From Planctomycetota bacterium (GTDB taxonomy: Bacteria; Planctomycetota; PLA2; JAEUHO01), in the NCBI GenBank assembly GCA_965223505.1, contig CBDCWP010000040.1, forward strand, positions 128,001 to 192,000: a stretch of 64,000 nt of DNA, given 5' to 3'. Shown here piece after piece: positions 61,057 to 64,000 of this stretch. Position 1 is the first letter of the stretch. Each line of letters starts with the position of its first letter. The position numbers and the translations under genes were made by a program. Under the pieces are notes generated by a model that saw only the letters and a list, made by a program, of their open reading frames with translations, did no database searches and was not told the origin of the DNA.

Positions 61057-62490
61057 CTAGTCTTCACCCTCGAGCGATCTGATCAGCTCGTCCGCGGCGG
61101 CCCTGAGCTTCTCCGGAAGGGCGTCCCGCAACCGGCGCAGGTTCGGAAGCAGCGCCTTGTCGTCGAGCTCACGCGCCAATTCGAGCAGTTCCGTGAGTCG
61201 GCGCTCGTCGTCGGACTCGATGTCCCATCCGACCAAACGTCCGAACAGGATCTGGCGCTTCGTGCCCGACGCCGACTTGGCGGCATCGACGAGAGTGAAG
61301 CGACACTCGGTCCAGTTGCCTTCGACGGCCATCTTGGCCGCGGCGCCGACCAGCGTAGTGTCCGACGAGTCGAGCGCCGCACGCCAGCGTTTGCGCGCCT
61401 CGCTCTCGTCGCCGCCACGCAGCATGTGCAGCGCATAGAGCAGGGAACGAGCGTCGTCCAGCGTGTCGTTCGCGAGCCGCTCGCGAGCGAACGCGACGGT
61501 CTCCTCGGAGGGCTCGACCGAGACGATCAAGACGCGCTCGACCTCGGCGGAGACGCCCGCCTCGATGGCGTCCATCGCAAACTCTGCGAAGTCCTCGGGC
61601 GGGAGCTGGCTCTTGAGGCAACCAAGTGCCGATTGCTTGACGTTGGCCGCGGCGTCGCCGGTCACGATCTTCGCGACGGCATCCCTGTGCTCGAAGTCCG
61701 GCGCGTAGCCTAGGCCCTTCAGAGCCGAGAATCGAATCGTGTCATCGGCGTCGTTGATGTACGGCGCGAACACCGCAGCGCAGACCGACCCCTCATGGGC
61801 CGCCGCCTGCATCGAAAGCCCGCCCAGCACCTTCTGCAGCGTCGCGACGCGGCGCTTCTCCCGCGCCTCGAACAACACGCGCGCGACGTCGCCGTCGGAC
61901 GCCGTCTCGATGACCGAGTCGATGTCCTCGTCCCACCCCTGGGCCAGCAGGCGCTCGGCGACCGTGGTCTCCACCGGGATTCCGCTGTACGTCAGACACT
62001 CGAAGGCGGTCTTGCGAACGAGCGTGGACGGATGCTCGAGCGCTTGCTCGAACTCGCTCCGAAGCGCCGGGTCGTTCTTCAGCCGCTCGTAGTCCGGCTT
62101 CGAGGCGCCGAACTCACCGAACACGAGCTCGTTGAGGTACGCGGCGTACTCCACCGAGCTTCGAACGGCGCCGGTCTCCGGCGTCGGCTTGAAGTACGCG
62201 AACAGCGCGAACGCGACGACGAGCACAGCGGCCGCCGCATAGGCGAAGCCACGCCGGCGCATCGCAACCCGTCGCTGCGCGCGCCCGAAGATGGCCTCCG
62301 CGCGCGCTTCCGAGATCGGCTCCACGACGGAGGCCGCGCCGCGACGCATGTCCTGGATGGACCGCCGTGCGGACTCGCAGTGCGCACAATCCGAGAGGTG
62401 CGCGAGGCTCTTCGCGTCGAGCTCCGCTTCGTCGATCAGACGGCGGAACACGATGTCGCATTGCTGGGACACGTCATGCGTCATCGCCAT
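61057..62490 (-). CDS. Zinc-finger (ZAS) anti-sigma factor with TM and HEAT-like repeats
   Basis: HLSDCAHC (HxxxCxxC), TM AYAAAAVLVVAFALFAYF; overlaps the sigma gene. Confidence 0.82.
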   Translation of the reverse strand: MAMTHDVSQQCDIVFRRLIDEAELDAKSLAHLSDCAHCESARRSIQDMRRGAASVVEPISEARAEAIFGRAQRRVAMRRRGFAYAAAAVLVVAFALFAYFKPTPETGAVRSSVEYAAYLNELVFGEFGASKPDYERLKNDPALRSEFEQALEHPSTLVRKTAFECLTYSGIPVETTVAERLLAQGWDEDIDSVIETASDGDVARVLFEAREKRRVATLQKVLGGLSMQAAAHEGSVCAAVFAPYINDADDTIRFSALKGLGYAPDFEHRDAVAKIVTGDAAANVKQSALGCLKSQLPPEDFAEFAMDAIEAGVSAEVERVLIVSVEPSEETVAFARERLANDTLDDARSLLYALHMLRGGDESEARKRWRAALDSSDTTLVGAAAKMAVEGNWTECRFTLVDAAKSASGTKRQILFGRLVGWDIESDDERRLTELLELARELDDKALLPNLRRLRDALPEKLRAAADELIRSLEGED

Positions 62491-63130
62491 CCCCTTTCCG
62501 CATGTCGCGCAGTCGGCGAAGGCCCCGGCTCAATCGCTGATACACGGCGGCCGCGGAGACCGAGTGCAGCTTGGCGATCTCCGCGGGCGATACGCCGTAG
62601 GCGAAGTGCAGAACGACGGTCTGTCGTTCCGCGTCGGGCAGCTTCTCCACACCCTTCCAGGCGTTCGGCGCCTCGGCGGGCGAAGTCCACGCGCCTTTGC
62701 CATGTTGCGTCTCGCCGAGCAGCTCCGGACGGCGCTTGCGAAACTGATCGCGGCCGACGTTCTTGCAGATCACGACGAGCCACGGTGTGACGGCTCGGGC
62801 CGCGTCCAGCTTCCTGTGAGCACGGAACGCCCGGAACCAGGTCTCGCCGACCACCTCGTCGATCTGCGCACCGCGCGCCCCGGCCGCGAGCGTGATGTAC
62901 TCGAGCAAGGGTTGCAGGCATCGGACGAGCAAGGTCCAAGCTGGTGGTTCTCCTTTACGCAGGCGGTGCCGAAACGCGGGGGTTTCGATTTGGCTGCAAT
63001 CGGACCTACCTCCGCCACCCGTTGGGGCAGCGGAATCGGTCAGCGGTTGCCCGGCGTTTCCTTCGCTTCCTTCGCGCTTTCCCAGCGCATCTCCGTCGGA
63101 AGTACGATTCTGGCCCCCGGGCTCTGACAT
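62474..63130 (-). CDS. ECF RNA polymerase sigma factor
   Basis: DEVVGETWFRAF..PWLVVICKN..RD (region 2); LPDAERQTVVLH..GVSPAEIAKL..VYQRLSRG (region 4). Start uncertain. Confidence 0.88.
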   Translation of the reverse strand: MSEPGGQNRTSDGDALGKREGSEGNAGQPLTDSAAPTGGGGRSDCSQIETPAFRHRLRKGEPPAWTLLVRCLQPLLEYITLAAGARGAQIDEVVGETWFRAFRAHRKLDAARAVTPWLVVICKNVGRDQFRKRRPELLGETQHGKGAWTSPAEAPNAWKGVEKLPDAERQTVVLHFAYGVSPAEIAKLHSVSAAAVYQRLSRGLRRLRDMRKGDGDDA

Positions 63131-63173
63131 GGATTGTGAGACTAATGTGCGGCGGGCTGCAGAGCCCTAGTTT

Positions 63174-63248
63174 TGGCTGCTCCGAGAGGGTTCGAACCCC
63201 CACCCGCCGGTTCAGAGCCGGCGATGCTACCGGTTACACCACAGAGCA
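63174..63248 (-). tRNA. tRNA-Gln(CUG)
   Basis: GCCGG-CTCTGAA-CCGGC anticodon arm; U1-A72, G73, CCA. Confidence 0.9.
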
Positions 63249-63256
63249 GCGGCGGC

Positions 63257-63331
63257 TGGTGCTCCGAGAGGGAGTTGCACCCCCATCGCGGGATTCGTAG
63301 TCCCGAATGCTGTCTGTTACACCATCGGAGC
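63257..63331 (-). tRNA. tRNA-Arg(ACG), atypical T-loop
   Basis: CGGGA-CTACGAA-TCCCG; T-loop TGCAACT; D-loop AACAGACA; CCA. Confidence 0.85.
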
Positions 63332-63335
63332 TTGT

Positions 63336-63413
63336 TGGGGTGAGCGACGGGACTCGCACCCGCTTGCCCCGGCGTCACGGGCCGGGTCCTCGACGACTTC
63401 GGAATCGCTCACC
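63336..63413 (-). tRNA. tRNA-His(GUG), atypical
   Basis: G-1:C73 pair; CCGGC-CCGTGAC-GCCGG; T-loop TGCGAGT; CCA. Confidence 0.85.
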
Positions 63414-63420
63414 AGGAAAC

Positions 63421-63497
63421 TGGTAATCCCGGCAGGAGTCGAACCTGCAACTTCCGGTTTCTGAAACCGGCGCCTCTGCCAGTTGGGCTACGGGATC
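63421..63497 (-). tRNA. tRNA-Leu(CAG) with short variable loop
   Basis: CCGGT-TTCAGAA-ACCGG; 5-nt variable loop AAGTT; A73, CCA. Confidence 0.87.
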
Positions 63498-63506
63498 TCG
63501 AGAAAA

Positions 63507-63576
63507 TGGGGCCCACGGGAAGACTCGAACTTCCGTCCGCTCTTTACGAGAGAGCATCTGCGCCTTGCGCGCGGGC
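63507..63576 (-). tRNA. tRNA-Thr(CGU) with reduced D-arm (70 nt)
   Basis: GCTCT-CTCGTAA-AGAGC; canonical T-loop TTCGAGT; CCA. Confidence 0.78.
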
Positions 63577-63584
63577 TCGTTGAA

Positions 63585-63660
63585 TGGCTGGCGCGGTCGG
63601 ATTCGAACCAACATGGTCCCGGTCAACAGCCGGGCGCCTTACCAGATCGGCCACACGCCA
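63585..63660 (-). tRNA. tRNA-Asn(GUU)
   Basis: CCCGG-CTGTTGA-CCGGG; G73, CCA. Confidence 0.9.
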
Positions 63661-63661
63661 T

Positions 63662-63735
63662 TGGTACCGGGCCACGGAGTCGAACCGCGTAGGTCGGGGT
63701 CATGAGCCCCGCCGGAGACCGTCTCCACGCCCGGG
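63662..63735 (-). tRNA. tRNA-Met(CAU), initiator-like
   Basis: CGGGG-CTCATGA-CCCCG (consecutive G-C pairs); C1xU72 mismatch; A73, CCA. Confidence 0.82.
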
Positions 63736-63736
63736 T

Positions 63737-63813
63737 TGGTGTCTCGAGGAGGCCACGATCCTCCATCTCACGGGGTAAGAACCCGGCGCTCTGCCCACTT
63801 GAGCTATCGAGAC
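63737..63813 (-). tRNA. tRNA-Lys(CUU), atypical T-loop
   Basis: CCGGG-TTCTTAC-CCCGT; canonical D-arm GCTCAAGTGGGCAGAGC; T-loop ATCGTGG. Confidence 0.83.
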
Positions 63814-63821
63814 GTGTTGTT

Positions 63822-63898
63822 TGGCGCGAACGACGAGACTTGCACTCGCTTCCTTCGGCTCGACAGGCCGACGTCTCGTCTCCTTCGACTTCGTTCGC
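63822..63898 (-). tRNA. tRNA-Asp(GUC), atypical
   Basis: TCGGC-CTGTCGA-GCCGA; A8; T-loop TGCAAGT; G73, CCA. Confidence 0.85.
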
Positions 63899-63900
63899 AT

Positions 63901-63977
63901 TGGTACGGACGACGAGACTCGCACTCGCTTACTCCGGGTTGAGGGCCCGGCGCCTCGGCTTCTTCGGCTTCGTCCGC
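63901..63977 (-). tRNA. tRNA-Glu(CUC), atypical
   Basis: CCGGG-CCCTCAA-CCCGG; A8; T-loop TGCGAGT; CCA. Confidence 0.83.
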
Positions 63978-63987
63978 AAAGGTTCGC

Positions 63988-64000
63988 TGGTCAGGGTGGG
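63988..64000 (-). tRNA. 3' end of a further tRNA (Pro-like), truncated by window
   Basis: CCCACCCTGACCA; G72-A73-CCA end typical of tRNA-Pro; anticodon not visible. Confidence 0.5.

Noticed and set aside
63174..64000. tRNA-Sec or suppressor tRNA in the array that could decode the UGA at 41666
   Set aside because: None of the 10 complete genes has a UCA anticodon or a Sec-type long arm.

Overview
GC-rich bacterial DNA, most likely Planctomycetota (inferred from the ThuA/DUF1080, Tat-exported Gfo/Idh/MocA, FGE-sulfatase and HEAT/vWA genes, and a small protein I associate with planctomycetes). There are three parts. (1) 1-19.56 kb is an integrated phage-related element next to the 3' end of tRNA-Leu(CAA). 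It has an IS66 at the left edge, a leftward ParB-DNA methylase/TerS-like/TerL operon with no portal or capsid genes visible, and a rightward Xis/replication/helicase-loader/2x DUF2924/tyrosine integrase operon. It carries three defence-like cargo modules: a two-gene cassette of an N-terminal-Gly protein plus a QueC-like enzyme fused to a PD-(D/E)xK nuclease; an XRE-ImmA/PIN pair; and a PLD-like nuclease plus diadenylate-cyclase-domain protein bracketed by 51-bp direct repeats. (2) 19.7-63.1 kb is core-like chromosome: a glycoside-oxidation cluster with an antisense-embedded apbE, a Fur-boxed TonB receptor, metH, tpx, an M1 aminopeptidase, serA/serC, idi, GTAG-type REP clusters, an ECF sigma/anti-sigma pair, and a cryptic frameshifted gene with an in-frame UGA (candidate selenoprotein) that the ORF track misses. 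(3) 63.17-64 kb is the downstream end of a dense minus-strand tRNA array (10 complete genes and 1 partial) with many non-canonical, co-varying structural features. The best candidates for an undescribed system are the QueC-nuclease two-gene cassette and the repeat-flanked DAC + PLD-nuclease cassette. All protein calls rest on motif recognition by eye; no searches were run.
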